Positions 38,767-52,050 of a DNA stretch of 62,291 nt are shown piece after piece (the first letter of the stretch is position 1; each line of letters begins with the position of its first letter). The notes under the pieces are model-generated. The model saw only the letters and a list, made by a program, of their open reading frames with translations, was not told the origin of the DNA and ran no database searches. A program made the translations under genes and the position numbers. Source of the stretch: Chiloscyllium plagiosum (taxonomy: Eukaryota); the NCBI RefSeq assembly GCF_004010195.1, contig NC_057728.1, forward strand, positions 42,204,892 through 42,267,182, read 5' to 3'.

Positions 38767-40524
38767 TGATCTTATGAGAAGAAATTTGTAAAAAAAGTAT
38801 AATTTATTGATTCTCTGCAACTAAATGATGGGTTTTAATAATAGGCTTTTTCATACATATCTCAGAGGAGCTCGGGTTAGACATGTTCACCCAGGAACTT
38901 GTACCTGGGTTTGGTACCATAACAGGCAGACATTTTAAAACCTTTTTGCTGTACTTCTACAATGGAGTACACACGACAATAAAGGATATTATATTCTCTT
39001 CAAATAAAAGAATATTCTATTCATGAGATCTTACAGTACCTTCTCTCCAAATTCTCACAACATAATCACAGTAGGTAGTGCTTATTGCTCACAATCAGTA
39101 TTAACCCTTTCAGATCCCTCCAGATCCATATACAAGAAACATAGTTTTTAAAATGGAGAAGAGGGAAGTGATTTCATCTGTGGAGACACAAATAAACAAC
39201 ACAAAACAAAACAGCATTGAAAAATGTTCTGAAGTTCAGAAGTCTATTGTTTTGTCTTTTGCTCACGCTACAATTAACTGTTCAATATTCTCCCCTGTTC
39301 ACCCTTCCTCTGTTGAAAGTCAGTTTCACAGGGTCTCTATTTGAAGGGGTCTAATCGTAATTTGGATGAATGAGCATTGGTATCATGCAATGGTAATCTA
39401 TGATTCTAACATTAATGTCACATTTGATAGGGTAGGTCCCATAACATGTCACACATCAACTGAGGGAACTCCTGCCTTACCCATGCATATCTTCATAATT
39501 TCTCAATCCATTCATCTAGAAGATTGATGGCATAGATTAATTCTGTTACATTATTATATGACAAAAACCTATTGCTTTGGCAAAACCTTGAATGACCTTG
39601 TCTAATATTTCCTTTTTTGACTCATTGTATTCACTGGGAGTTTTCCTACATTAAAGGTATTACATAAATATAAGTCACTGTCATTGTTGTTGTTGATATC
39701 GCTCCAGAGATTTGGGTTCCTTCAATGTCTCCCCTCAGATACCAAAAGTACTCACTTTGCAAATGATTTTTTTTTCAGAGTACAGAACCTACCTAATATA
39801 CACGGACACAGACATTAGGCAGCCGTAGAATCACATTTGTGCCAATGTTTATACCTTCTCTCTGGATCAAGAAATATCAAACCCAATAACAGCTGGCTTA
39901 CAACCAAAATCCCATCATTCAGGCAAAATTAACATATTTGACAACTTGCACAATTTGTTTTTGTCAATTCAGCCTCTTTTATCAGGGCAACTACGTGTAA
40001 ACAATAAAACATGCCTCCCTTGCAAGAAAACAAAATATTCTTAGCCCCTGAGAAATGTCTACTATCAGGAGATAACAATCCTTTTTTGTGTGTTTACCAC
40101 ATTCCATTCTAGGGGCTTAACTTTAATGCTTCTACATTAATTAACTCCATTCCACCCATGTCCTTACCTGTGTCTAGCATCCATCTTTTCACTCACAGTC
40201 ACTTTCCATGATTATGTTAACCCTTTGTTAACTCATCTATTTCTAACACTGAATTAATTAAAACTAGCTTCACGTATTCACTTCACAATTTCTAATAGAT
40301 TTCCTCAAAGTTTCTTCTGCTCTTTCTATTGTTGACCTCCATTCACTAACTCTATCTCAACACTTTTCCTGATCATTTCATGCCACAGTTCATGCCAAAT
40401 TTCTTAAAATTGCATGCTATTAGGATATATGACCATCACCTTCTTGCATTGTGATAGTTGAATCATTACATCTCAAATTCCTCCATGGATTTTTAAGGCC
40501 AAACAAATTTCTGTTTCTTCTATA

Positions 40525-40725
40525 ATAAAAACCGAAAGAAGTGCGGATGCTGTAAATCAGAAAACAAAACAGAGGTTGTTGGAAAAGCTCAGCAGGTCTG
40601 GCAGCATCTGTGAACGTTTTGGATTTTCTGAGGCAGAATCACTGGATGTGAAACATTAACTTTGATTTCTCTTCATGGGTGCTGCTCTACCTGCTGAGCT
40701 TTTCCAGCAGCTTTTGGTTTTATTT
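40525..40725. mobile_element. Fold-back short element, degenerate hammerhead-like family D
   Basis: Arms TGGAAAAGCTCAGCAGGT / ACCTGCTGAGCTTTTCCA; core CTGAGGCAGAATCACTGGATGTGAAACATT; related remnants at ~16370-16460 and ~17330-17440. Confidence 0.6.
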
Positions 40726-41579
40726 GTTTCTTTTATTATTTTATTCCTGTTTCTCAAGCATCTTATCAACACCAACCAGACCTTAGTGTTGAATTATTAT
40801 ATCGATTCAAGACTAGACAAGTTGTGTCCCTTTAAGACAGTCACATGACATTATGACATATTATACCTGGTAGAATAGCCCAAATTTTCAGTCACTCTGC
40901 TCACTTCAATAGTTAGTTCAGAAAGTCAGTTATGTATATATAATGTAACAGCAATAGCAATCACAAAATACAGACCATGTGTAAATTTGAGATATAACAA
41001 TGTAAATAGTTAATGTTGTTAACAAATTTCAAGACACCTGTTTCAACAAGAACCTAACCGTTTTGGTGTATAATATGTGAGCTAACATATGAAGAAGTGA
41101 TTAGTCCAGATCATACTGGCAATGGTGTTCAATGTTTGAAAATATGTCATGAGGACAACAAGTAGGTACAAGAAGCTGGTGGCATCTAACAGCAACAGCT
41201 AGTTATAATTGATAGTAGGCATAAAGAAAACAGCAGTAGTAGCTATTGTGAAGAGTTCTTTTCCTAACAGTCATTATGTATCATCTACCTGATTTCAGAA
41301 CTAAAGTTTACAACTACAACCAAGACTGAAGGCTGCTACTGTAATGAAGTATGTGAACCACAACACAACCAGCCCACCGATCCACACATGGCATTCAATG
41401 TACTTGTGCAGATCACAACATTGACTTCCCGTTCCAGAAGTTGTTGCCATACATGCACCTTGGAGTTCTGGGTGGAAGAAAAACAAATTATAGGGAATGC
41501 TGTGTGAACACACTCTCTCAAAAATATATAACAGGAGGCCATGGTGTCTCCTGTTTACAAAACAACCATTTACAACAGG

Positions 41580-41712
41580 TAAGAGAAAGTGAGGACTGCA
41601 GATGCTGGAGATCAGAGTCGAAAAGAGTAGAGCTGGAAAAGCACAGCAAGTCAGGCAGCATCCAAGGAGCAGGAGAGTCAACATTTCAGACATAAGCCCT
41701 TCTTAAGGAATT
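41580..41712 (-). mobile_element. Short PLE derivative (family A)
   Basis: 14-bp TSD CCATTTACAACAGG at 41566-41579 and 41713-41726. Confidence 0.87.
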
Positions 41713-42334
41713 CCATTTACAACAGGCCTATAACAGTTCCAAATTTGCAAAGCAATTAGAACAAATACAGAGAAAAATGTGAGAATTAACATATACATAA
41801 TAATATACACATTATTAAAGCTTGATATGGACATAGGCATTAGTTCATTCAACCATTTTGCTTTCCTCACAAATGCCACAAAGGCATTTAAAAAGTGCAC
41901 TTGACATTACGCCAAGTTTTTTTTCAGCACAAACATGAAAAGCAGTTGCTGCTCAGCTATTTCTTTCAAAGAAGGAAATGTGGGAATAAAAAGAAAGCAA
42001 TAACCTCTAAAGCATTATGAAATAGAGAAAAAAAGAGAAGCCAACAATAAACAAACAGAAAAGCATTACATTGCAACATATGTTTTTATTCAGGCATTTT
42101 AAAAAGCATTGTGTTACAAAACAAGGATGGAAAGCAATCATCTGAAATGGATTGGTACTTCATTGACATTATGTCAGAACTTCAGTTATTTAAAGAAAGG
42201 AGCAACTTATATCTTATACTTCAACAAATGGATGATTAAAAAAAGGTAAAGGGATCAGTTAGCTCAGTTGGCTGGTTGGCTGGTTTGCTATGCAGAGTAA
42301 CACCGATAACTTGTGTTCAATCCCACACCACTAT

Positions 42335-42552
42335 AAAGAGTGTGGTGCTGGCAAAGTACAGAAGGTCAGGCAGTATCCAAGGACCAGGAGAATCAATGTT
42401 TTGGGCATATGTCCTTCATCAGGAATGATGAAGGGCTTATTCCCGAAACATCGATTCTCTGCTCCTTGGATGATGCCTGACCTGCTGTGCTTTTCCAACA
42501 CCACACTCTCGATTCTGATCTCTGACATCTGCAGTCCTCACTTTCTCCTAGT
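42335..42552. mobile_element. Fold-back PLE derivative (family A) inserted in a tRNA-SINE
   Basis: Two opposed hammerhead-like cores at 42390-42460; duplicated TTCAATCCCACA on the flanks. Confidence 0.8.
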
Positions 42553-43239
42553 TGCATTCAATCCCACATCAGCATGAAGAACTCTCCTCAACCTATCCCC
42601 TTTTTCAAGGTGTGGTGACCTTCAGGTTAAACCAGTCATCTCTCTGTAATGAGATGATGTGGCTTGTCTCATCCTCCAAAAATTGCCTGGCATTTGTGAG
42701 ATATGCAAGTTATATTCTACAAAGATATCATTTGGCAAAAATGTGTAAGAAATTTTATTATCAAAGAAGCCCAAGGGGATAAATACCAATGTAGTGTTAA
42801 CTCAGCTTAATGCTCAGTTTACATGAGTTCAAATCCTATCACACCAACTTGTGGAATTTATAATGGAAACCCCAACACTATCAGTTGTTGTACACTTCAT
42901 CTGCTTACTATGTAAAATCTGACATTCTTTCCTGGCCTGGACGACAGACCTATGCTACTGACTCTGAACTGCTCTTCAGGGCAATTAGGGTTGGGTGCAA
43001 ATGTTGGGCTTGTCAGTGACAACCATATTCCATGAAAAAAAAATTAGAAAGGCTCCACAGGGGCATGAAAAGAAGAGTCAACGAAGAAGCAATGTTCTAT
43101 CAAGCATGACAACAAAGTCCATGAGCATTTTCAACATTACAGCTTACAGACACCACACCTTACTTGTGGTCAATTTGACAGATCACAAGGACACCATCAG
43201 AAAAGCTTAAGTTATAACCTCCACCCAAGAGGTATGGTC

Positions 43240-44045
43240 AACATGCACTATATGCCAAGATTGACACTGGTGCAAGTGCGAATATCACCCCTTTATGCAT
43301 CTTACCAGAGATGTACTCTAAAAACCAGCACAGTCCGGAAGCAGTCCACATATGATAAGCTAACTGCTTACAATGTGTTTGACATGCCATGCATTACCCA
43401 TCTTCAATATTAGTTCAGCTCCTCAGGATGGACAGTTGAAACCTTTTATGTTGTTGATGCAGCAAGTCTTTCTATTACTGGTCTAGCAGTATGCACAGAT
43501 CTATATTTTATTATGATTCAAGAGGTAACAAACCTATCAATTAAAGACTCTGGACTGCAACATCTGCTCGATTCATGACCTGACTAACTTTTAACCGAGA
43601 CAGGTTTGACATTATCAGCAACACAGTGCTATGCCTGAAAGATCATGCTCAACCCTGCATCAACAATTCTTGTAAAAGCAACATTCACATTCAAGAAAAG
43701 CTCAAACTAGAGTTGGACTCTTTGGCACAAAACAACATCATCCAGAAAGTTGGGCATCATACTGATTGGCACAGTTTCAGCACTTGTGTTTTAAATAAAG
43801 ATACATTGAGTGTGTTTAGATCAAAGGGAAATAAACATTGCACTGGAAGAATGTCTCCACAAAATTCCTATCCTGGAAGAGCTTAGTCTCAAGTTCTCAG
43901 ATGCCAAGTATTGTTCCAAGCTTTATGCCAAGAATGGATATTGGTCCATACAGAAACTTGGAACCTTTTTTTGGGCAGATTTTATTTCCTCAGATTATAA
44001 TTTGGATTATTCATCAGCCAGGATATATTCCAACAACTTGTAATT
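43240..44045 (+). mobile_element. Gypsy-type LTR retrotransposon pol remnant (protease-RT)
   Basis: LYAKIDTGASANI aspartic protease motif at ~43250; RT-like CLDQREINIAL...IPILEEL...AKYCSKLYAKNGYWSI. Confidence 0.8.
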
Positions 44046-44442
44046 GTAGCACAGAGATTCTACCAAGTTATCTTTCTTTGTTGGGAGACCACTCAAACCA
44101 TAGCATGGTGTTTGACTCAAGAAACCACATTGCATAGTTTTGGGGCTTCCACCATAGTCCATCTTAATTAGTTGTTCTCAGACAGTTTGCCTGATTGACC
44201 TGGGCAACAGAGGAAAAACAGTAATAATTGTTCTAACTGCTAATTACCTGAGTTCACATTACTAACTTAATTAAACTCCTTTATGTGGAGTCACCTAATT
44301 TTTCCAACTTCTGTGATGTATTGTGCAATTTTGTGTTTTTACAGTAAAGTATATTATTTCTTTCATTAGTACAAATAATTTGGTTTGTACTAAGTTATGC
44401 TGAAGCAGTTTGACCTGGATTGAACAAAGAATCTAAAATTTA

Positions 44443-44950
44443 TGGGCTGAATTTTACCAGATATCAGCTGAGTGTCAATTTGGGTGAGTTTCCTGGAGGA
44501 TTTCTTTCCATAAGCCCCACTGCGTTTTCTCATGCTATCTTGCTAAATCTGCCTTATTACATCTGCACCGTGCCAGTCTGATTCCTATTTGTTACATCTC
44601 CCACTCACTATAGGCGGAGGTCTTTGTTACTATAGGAACCTGCCAAATTCCTCATATTCGTGCCATCTTTAAAGCCATGCACCCGCTTAAGGACAGGCAA
44701 TCCATGGAAGTTCCATACACAGTTCCTGTCGATTGCCCAGATATGTTGGACAGAGAGAAATGGCGCCTCTCTCTTTATGGAAGGGGATTTGGAGTTCCTG
44801 GTGGATGGGGATGGGTGTGTGTTGTGGGGGGAAGGTGTGCCTGGAATTGATTGCAGTCACTGCCCAGGGAGAATGCCCTGAGATATTGCTGTGAATGGTA
44901 TCCAAGATGGAGGCCTGGAGGTGTAAATGGCAAGCTGAAGTCACCAGGCA
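44443..44950 (+). mobile_element. Probable Harbinger/PIF-derived remnant
   Basis: Starts GGGCTGAATTTT (TIR-like); GASLFMEGDLEFLVDG resembles a Myb/SANT N-terminus like that at 51660-52050. Confidence 0.45.
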
Positions 44951-45799
44951 ATTTCTACCTTGTCACAACAGGGTAGTAGTTACACTTCTATATATATTTG
45001 TTATCAATCCCTGTGATGTGTTGTAGTTAAACAAAGGAGATTGTTTGCAAATTAAACACACTCCCCCTTTCTTTAGAAGGTTTGGCACAATGTTTTGCAC
45101 TTATGTATCTGAATCTTTAAAATGCATCGGAGATCCTACTTGCATGTATATTACGGATATGGGCCCCAGTCACTTTTTGTTAAAAACCAAACATTTCCAT
45201 TTAGTCTGAGAAATAAGCATCTGGACATTTTTATCCTCTTTGTTGCTTTGTTTCCAGCTGTATGTGGTGTAACTGAGCTGATTAATACGCTCGCCCTCAT
45301 CTGGCTTGCAGTCTAAATGTTTTTGAAGTGTGTATTGGAAGACAGGGGTACAACTGGCAAGCCTTCAGTAACACTGAGTTGAGCATTTCTACATAGATTC
45401 CAAACAAATACAGTTAATAGTGTGACAATTAAATTATGTGGAAAAATAGTGGTAGGAGCAGAGCTATAAACTACCGACTTGGAATGTAGGCAGAGATAGT
45501 CAAACAATTAATTACTGTGGTTGATTCTTTCTTAACTGCCCTCTGAAATAGCTTAGCAATCCATTCAATGCAAGGGCAACAAAAGAGGAACATCAAATGC
45601 TTGCTTTTCCAGTAATGTCCAGATCATCTGAAAAAAATAAAGTTCAGATATGGTGATTCCTGCACTAAATCCATGGAAATATCAGTACTGGAAGCAGTTC
45701 AACACTACAGAATAATGTAAATGCCAATTTGCCAGTCTGGAGCTTAATCCTTAACAAGCTTCAAGAGTTATTGAAAGACATTTCACAGAAATTTGTTCT

Positions 45800-46345
45800 A
45801 TCTGGTTTTCCTCAGTTCCTTTCATTCCAGTATTCAGTCTGATAAATCTACAATGCAAGACAAGTATATCCTTCATTGGGTATAGAGACCAAAATAATGC
45901 GTAGCTCACCCAGTACAATCTCCCCAATGCTCTATAGAGTTATAGTAAGATTTCTTCATTCGAATTCTCTCATGCCTCTGTAATAAATGCTCACAAGTAT
46001 GCTGTTCCATTGAAAAGAATCGGCATACTTGGACATATCACACGCTGTCCTTTCATCTAAATTATTGATATTGTAAATAGTGAAGGCCCAAGCACTGATG
46101 TTTGAGGTACCTGACTAGTTACAAACTGACAACACAAAAATGACCTGTTTATGCCTCTGCTGTTTACTTAATAAATTAATACTCAAATCAAGTTAATATA
46201 TTACCCCAAAAGTCATGGGCGATAATTTTATGTAATAACATTTTGTGTGGATCTTATCAAATGCATTTTGAAAATCCAAATACAATACATCCACTGGTTC
46301 TCCTCATCCACCACACTAATTACAATCTTAAAGAATGTAAACAAA
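45800..46345 (-). mobile_element. Decayed CR1 RT fragment
   Basis: Minus strand DVLYLDFQNAFDKI and QVPQTSVLGP remnants. Confidence 0.7.
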
Positions 46346-46369
46346 TTACACCATACATTTTTAATTTGT

Positions 46370-48860
46370 TATGGACTGCGGGGACAAGATTTTATTAAAA
46401 TAAGGCAAGATCGGGCCAAAGTAAACTGGGATCAGCTATTTCTAGGTAAATCTAGAACAGAACAATGGTGGGGGATTGGAGATGGAGAAGGGGTGGGGGT
46501 GTTGCCCTTGGGAGGCATTCAAAATGGAATTGGCAGGAGTACAGGCCTAACATGTTCCCTTTGGTGTGAAATGAAATGCAACAAACCAGAGAACCTTGGA
46601 TGTCTAGGAATATTCAGGATGAGGTAAGAGGGAAAAGAAAGGTTTTGAACAGGTATCGGAGTACAACATTGAACATCTGGGAACTTAAGAGAGCAATTAG
46701 GAGAGCAAAATGGGGGCATGAGAAAACACTGGTTGGTAAGATTTGGGAGAATCCCAAGATATTTTATAAGGATATCAAGAGGAAGAAGATAACCAGGGAA
46801 AGAGTAGTGCCAGTAAGGACCAAGAGGCAGTCTGTGCATAGAGCCAGAGGACATTGTTTGGGTGTTAAACAAATACTTCAGATCTGTCTTCAACTTGGAG
46901 AAGGAGGATAAAGGTGCAGAATTTGGGAAGAGGGACTGTGAAGTTTTGCAGCAGTATGGCATTGGGAGTGAGGAATTATTGGAGGTTTTGGCAGACTTAA
47001 AAGTGGACCAATTATCAAATCTGGATAAGTTATATCCCAGCCTGCTACAGGAGACAAGGCAGGAAATTACAGGGGCTGTGACCCAAATGTTTAATTCTTC
47101 TCTAGCCACAAGGTAGGTGCCAGAGGACTTGTATTCAGCTATTATAGTTCCATTTACAAGAAGAGGAATAGAGATAAACCAGGGAATTATAGACCAGTGA
47201 GACTCTCATCATTAGTAGGGAAAGTATTGGAGAAAGTTCTGAGGGAGGGAATAAATCTGCACTTGGAGAGGCAAGGTTTGATTAGGGCTAATCAGTATGG
47301 CTTTGTCAGATGGACGTCATGGCCAACAAATTTACATTTTTAAGGAGATGATCAAGTGTGTAAGTGAGGGTAGGGCAGTTGACATAGTTTATATGGATTT
47401 CAGCAAGGATTTTAATAAGTTCCCATATGGGAGACTGATGAAGAAAGTAAAAGTTTATGGAATGCAGGTAACATGGCAATCTGCGTAAAAATAAAAAAGC
47501 TTTGTGGTAGGATGTAGATTGTGCTGGTGGAAGGCTGTTTGTGAGCGTGGAGCTTAATGTGCAGTGGTGTACCATAGGGATTAATGCATAGAAGCACAGA
47601 ATCCCTACAGTGTAGAAGCAGACCATTCAGCCCATTGACTCTCCAAAGAGCATCTTACCCAAACCCATCCCAACCCAGTAACCGTGCATTTCCCATCACT
47701 AATCCACCCAGCTTACACATCCCTGGACACTACAGGGCAATTTAGCATGGCCAATCTCCCTAAGCTGCACATCTTTGGACTGTGAGAGGAAATCAGAGTA
47801 CCTAGAAGAAACCCACGCAGACACGGGAAGAATGTTCAAATTCCACAGTCACCCGAGGGTGGAATCTATCCCAGGTCCTTGGCATTGTGAGGCAGCAGTG
47901 CTAGCCACGGAGCTACCATGCTGGGTCCTTTGTTGTTTTTGATGCATGTAAACAATAAACATTAAATTTACGGACAGCATGAAGATTGGCCACATGGTTG
48001 ACAGTAATGAAGAAGGGTTTAGGTTACAGGAGGATCTAGGTGGATTGGTTAGATGGGCAGATCAATATCACATAAACTTTAAACCTGAAAAGTGTGAGGT
48101 CATACACTTTGAAAGAAGTAACAAAACAAGGGAGTAGTCAGTGAATGGCAGGACACTAGGAAGCTCAGAAGAACAGAGGGATCTTGGAGTGCTTATCCAC
48201 AGATCCATTGGTCAACACAGCACATAAATAGGGCAATTAAGAGGGCATATCTGACTCTTGCCTTTATCAGTCATGGCATAGATTATAAGAGCAGGATCTC
48301 ATGTTGGAGCTGTACACAATTTTGGTTAGGTTAAGCTGGAGTACTGTGTGCATTTCTGGTCACTGCATGATAGGAAGGATATGATTGCACTGAAGTGGGG
48401 GTGCAAAAGAGATTTACCAGGATATTGCCTGAGGTGAAGAATTTCAGCAATGAAGAGAGGTCGGATAAGCTTGGATTGTTTTCTTTAGAGCAGAGAAGGC
48501 TCAGAGGGGACATGATGGCGGTTTATAAGATTATGAGGAGCATGGGCAAGATGGATTGAAAGCAACTGTTCCATTGAGTTCAAAGGTCAATAACAAGGGG
48601 GGCATATTTTTAAAGTGAAAGGCAGGAGGTTTAGAGAGAATTTGAAGAAAATGTTTTTCACCCAGGGTGGTGGTAATCTTGAATGCACTGTCAGGGAGGA
48701 TAGTTGAGGTAGGAAACCTTTAAAAGTTCTTGGATGACCACTTAACGTATCATAATATTCAAAGCTATAGGACAAATGCTGGAATTTGGAACTAGTGTAG
48801 TTTAGAGTAGTCTTTTGTCAGTGCAGACTATACTGTACTGTACAATTATATGATTCTATC
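46370..48860 (+). mobile_element. CR1 ORF2 interrupted by an HE1-like SINE
   Basis: ENPKIFYK, LNKYFRSVF, VDIVYMDFSKDF ORF fragments. Confidence 0.9.
47590..47920 (-). mobile_element. HE1-like V-SINE
   Basis: Reverse-complement homolog of 18430-18770. Confidence 0.85.
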
Positions 48861-50342
48861 CATCTTGAATGGTAGCCAATTTTACAGCTCTTCGGATCCA
48901 GGGGATTTGTTGGTTTAGTCCCTTTGATTTCTCGATACTTTTTTTTAACTGATAGCAATTTCTTTACGTTCCTCATTCACAGTAAACCTTTGGTTTCCCA
49001 TTACTTCCAGAATGTGTTTTGTTTCTTCTATCATAAAAACTGGCACCTAGGGAAGATTCTTATAGGGCCTGAACAATGTGGACAAGTGGTGAGATTCGTG
49101 GCAGAATCACATGAGAAGCTTTTTGAGACCTATCTTGAAGGAGCTAATTGCTGCATCACTCAGACATCTGACAAACAGCAAGGTGTGTTTCTCCCCAGGT
49201 AGCAGCAAGTTACCAATTACAGGAGATTATTGTTTGTTAACGCCATAAATCATCTCATGAATATTCAGCTTGCGATCATATCACAAGTGCTGAACAAACT
49301 AACTATTGAGAATTCTAGGGAAAGAAATCAGCGTGTGTGCTTGGTGATTTCAACTCGGCCACTTGCTCCAAAGACAAGTTGGACGCTGGGCTGCAATATG
49401 CTCCATCTGTATTAGCCACATGCATCCCATATCTGTAAACATTGACATCTAACATGTGCCAGCCTCTAACAGCCTTCTCACCACATCTCCAATTCACTTA
49501 TGGGACACTTCTCCACTTCAATGCTGCAATTCAGGCAGAACCATCAACTATCATTCCACTCCAGCCGCAATGTCATTGTGTACTTGAGGATGTGCACCCA
49601 ACTCAAGACTGGACCATACAGCGTCTCTGGCCTGTTTGTTTGCTGTCATAGCACTCACTCACTCAATCTCCATATCCCTGCCTTGCATTGCCTTGCCTTC
49701 CCTTCTTGTGCTTTACCCCCTCATACAGAGATCCCCAGCTCTATACTGTTGTATTGCCTTTCTGTTTAGTGCAGATACAAAGCCAGAAAGCAAATCATGT
49801 TTGTCACAGGCCTCAGTGAAGTCAAGGGTGATCAATAGCCTTTACTCAGGAGGTCCCAGCACAGTAAGTCAAGGACAGCATCTGATATCAGTACTGGAGC
49901 TTGGACACAGTCAGTCAGTTGCCCGGGGCAGTCAGAGTCGGGTGCTTTTCTGATAAGGGGTGAGGAGTCAAATGTTATGCAGCCCATCACTTGTCTTGAC
50001 TCCTTCTGCCCTATTGTGGGCTGCTTTGTGCCTGAGATGAGAGGGAGTATTAAGGGAGGTGACAGGAGCTGTGGGGGATTGTCCCAAGCGAAAGAGGAGA
50101 CATAGAGGGCCTGCAGAAAAAGCGGTGACGGGGCTTGTGTGGTTGATAGAGAGTGTGGGAAGTTGTTGGAGGGAATAATGAGAGCGGTAGAGCACGAACC
50201 TCAGTGGCAGGTGGGTGTAGTAACAGGGACAGAGTGAGTGTGACATATTGGAAAGATTTTCTTTTATTTATTCACAGGATGAGGGCATTGCTGGCTAGGC
50301 CAACATAATTGCCCAAAGGGCAGTTAAAAGTCAACAACATTG

Positions 50343-51394
50343 AAAGATATTGTGAAATTTGAAGGGTTCAGAAAAGATTTACAAGGATGTTGCCAGGGTT
50401 GGAGGATTTGAGTTACAGGGAGAGGCTGAACAGGCTGGGGCTGTTTTCCCTGGAGCGTCGGAGGCTGAGGGGTGACCTTATAGAGGTTTACAAAATTATG
50501 AGGGGCATGGATAAGATTAATCGACAAAGTCTTTTCCCTGGGGTCAGGAAAAAACACTCAAAAACTTGATACAACTGGCACTTAGCCAAAAAAACGTAAG
50601 ATTCAGCCTAATCTGTGTTTCATGTCTGTTCCATTTCCTTCATTCCCATTATAATTTATGATGTGTCTGTACCTCTGCACTAAAACTTGGAAGTTTCTCA
50701 CATCTCACAATGCACAAGCTGGGTAAAATACATACTTATGTCAATTTTCTACGGTTAGTTTGTCCTGAAACAGGTCACCAGCCTGAAGCCAGGGGTTATA
50801 GACTCAAGACACCATTCCATATCCAGTATGGCTGATAATGATCTTCCCTCCCCTTACTGGCTGTAATAGGCTTGAGAGTCAGATTTGCGTTTTGACAATC
50901 AAACTAGTTGGCCATTTCTGAAAATTCCTCCCAAATCTTGGACAGGGGACTTGAACCCAGAGTTTCTGACTCACAGGAAGTTAGGCTACTCACTGCACTA
51001 CAAGACCTTTTAGTGCTACATGACCCACAATCATTGTTACTAATCTCTCATTTTTTATGACAAAGTCTTTTCCCTGGGGTCAGGGAGTCCAGAGCTAGAG
51101 GGCATAGGTTTAGGGTGAGAGGGGAAAGATATAAAAGAGACCTAAGGGGCAACTTTCTCATACAGAGGGTGATGCATGTATGGAATGAGCTGCCAGAGGA
51201 AGTGGTGGAGGCTGGTATAGTTCAACATTTAAAAGGCATTTGGATGGGTATATGAATAGGAAGAGTTTGGAGGGATATGGGCCGGGTGCTGGCAGGTGGG
51301 ACTAGATTGGGTTAGGATATCTGGTCGGCATGGACGGGTTAGACCGAAGGGTCTGTTTCAATGCTGTACATCTCTATGACTCTATGACTCTATG
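50343..51394 (+). mobile_element. Young CR1 3' fragment with an internal 510-bp insertion
   Basis: MLPGLEDLSYRERL...; tail of TCTATGAC repeats; 6-bp TSD ACATTG at 50337-50342 and 51395-51400. Confidence 0.92.
50549..51058 (+). repeat. Direct copy of 52305-52815
   Basis: Colinear near-identical sequence, roughly 15-20 differences in 510 bp by eye. Confidence 0.97.
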
Positions 51395-51659
51395 ACATTG
51401 CTGTGGGTCTGGAGTCACATGAAGGCCTGACCAGGTAAGGATGAAAAATTGCCTTCCCCAAAGGACATCAGTGAACCCGATGTTTCTTTCCTGACAATCA
51501 ACAGTAGATCACGGTAATCATTAGATTCTTAATTCCAGATTTTTAAAAATTAAATTCAAATTCCACCATTGCCATGGCAAGATTTGAAACCAGATCGCCA
51601 GATTACTACTAGAGTTTCTAGATTAACAGCAATACTAGCTTTAGACCATTGCCTTCCCA

Positions 51660-52050
51660 TGATGGTGACACTTAATCTAACAGTGTGGACAATGTCATTG
51701 ACCTTCTCTCTACATTGCTGGGTATACCTCAAGACAATGGAGACTGCACGAACCCAAGTAGCAACTTCAGACCAGGTTGGCATGGTCATGGTCTCCTGTG
51801 CTGGTCCTGGAATAGTGAGAGTCTGCCTAAGCACCATGTTGTCTGGCAGATACCTCCAGGTCCCTGTCTGAAAAGTGAGGTGTCAGTTTTCCCTTGTCTG
51901 CTTGTCGGCCATGTCCGAGGCACATCTTAGAAATCCATGCAGGTCAGCTCTGGGTGAATGGTGCTTTTCTGTCAGCTTTTAAATATTGACTGGAATGCCA
52001 GTCAATATATCCAGCTGTGGCGAGTTGTTCTGGGAGTAGTCTGCAGTAAG
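51660..52050 (-). mobile_element. Harbinger/PIF Myb/SANT-like ORF remnant
   Basis: PHFSDRDLEV...PTWSEVATWVRAVSIVLRYTQQCREKVNDI fits the Myb/SANT-like (MSANTD/NAIF1-type) pattern; frameshifted. Confidence 0.7.

Larger units (their letters stand above)
50255..51658 (-). mobile_element. tRNA-head SINE with LINE-derived tail, split by a CR1 insertion
   Basis: Halves 50255-50342 and 51395-51658 rejoin at duplicated ACATTG. Confidence 0.7.

Noticed and set aside
46519..47109. 196-aa minus-strand ORF
   Set aside because: Antisense to CR1 ORF2; no independent protein features.
51556..51837. Possible domesticated MSANTD/NAIF1-like gene
   Set aside because: Frameshifted, runs into a SINE, and similar decayed pieces occur elsewhere (about 15800 and 44760); better explained as Harbinger debris.
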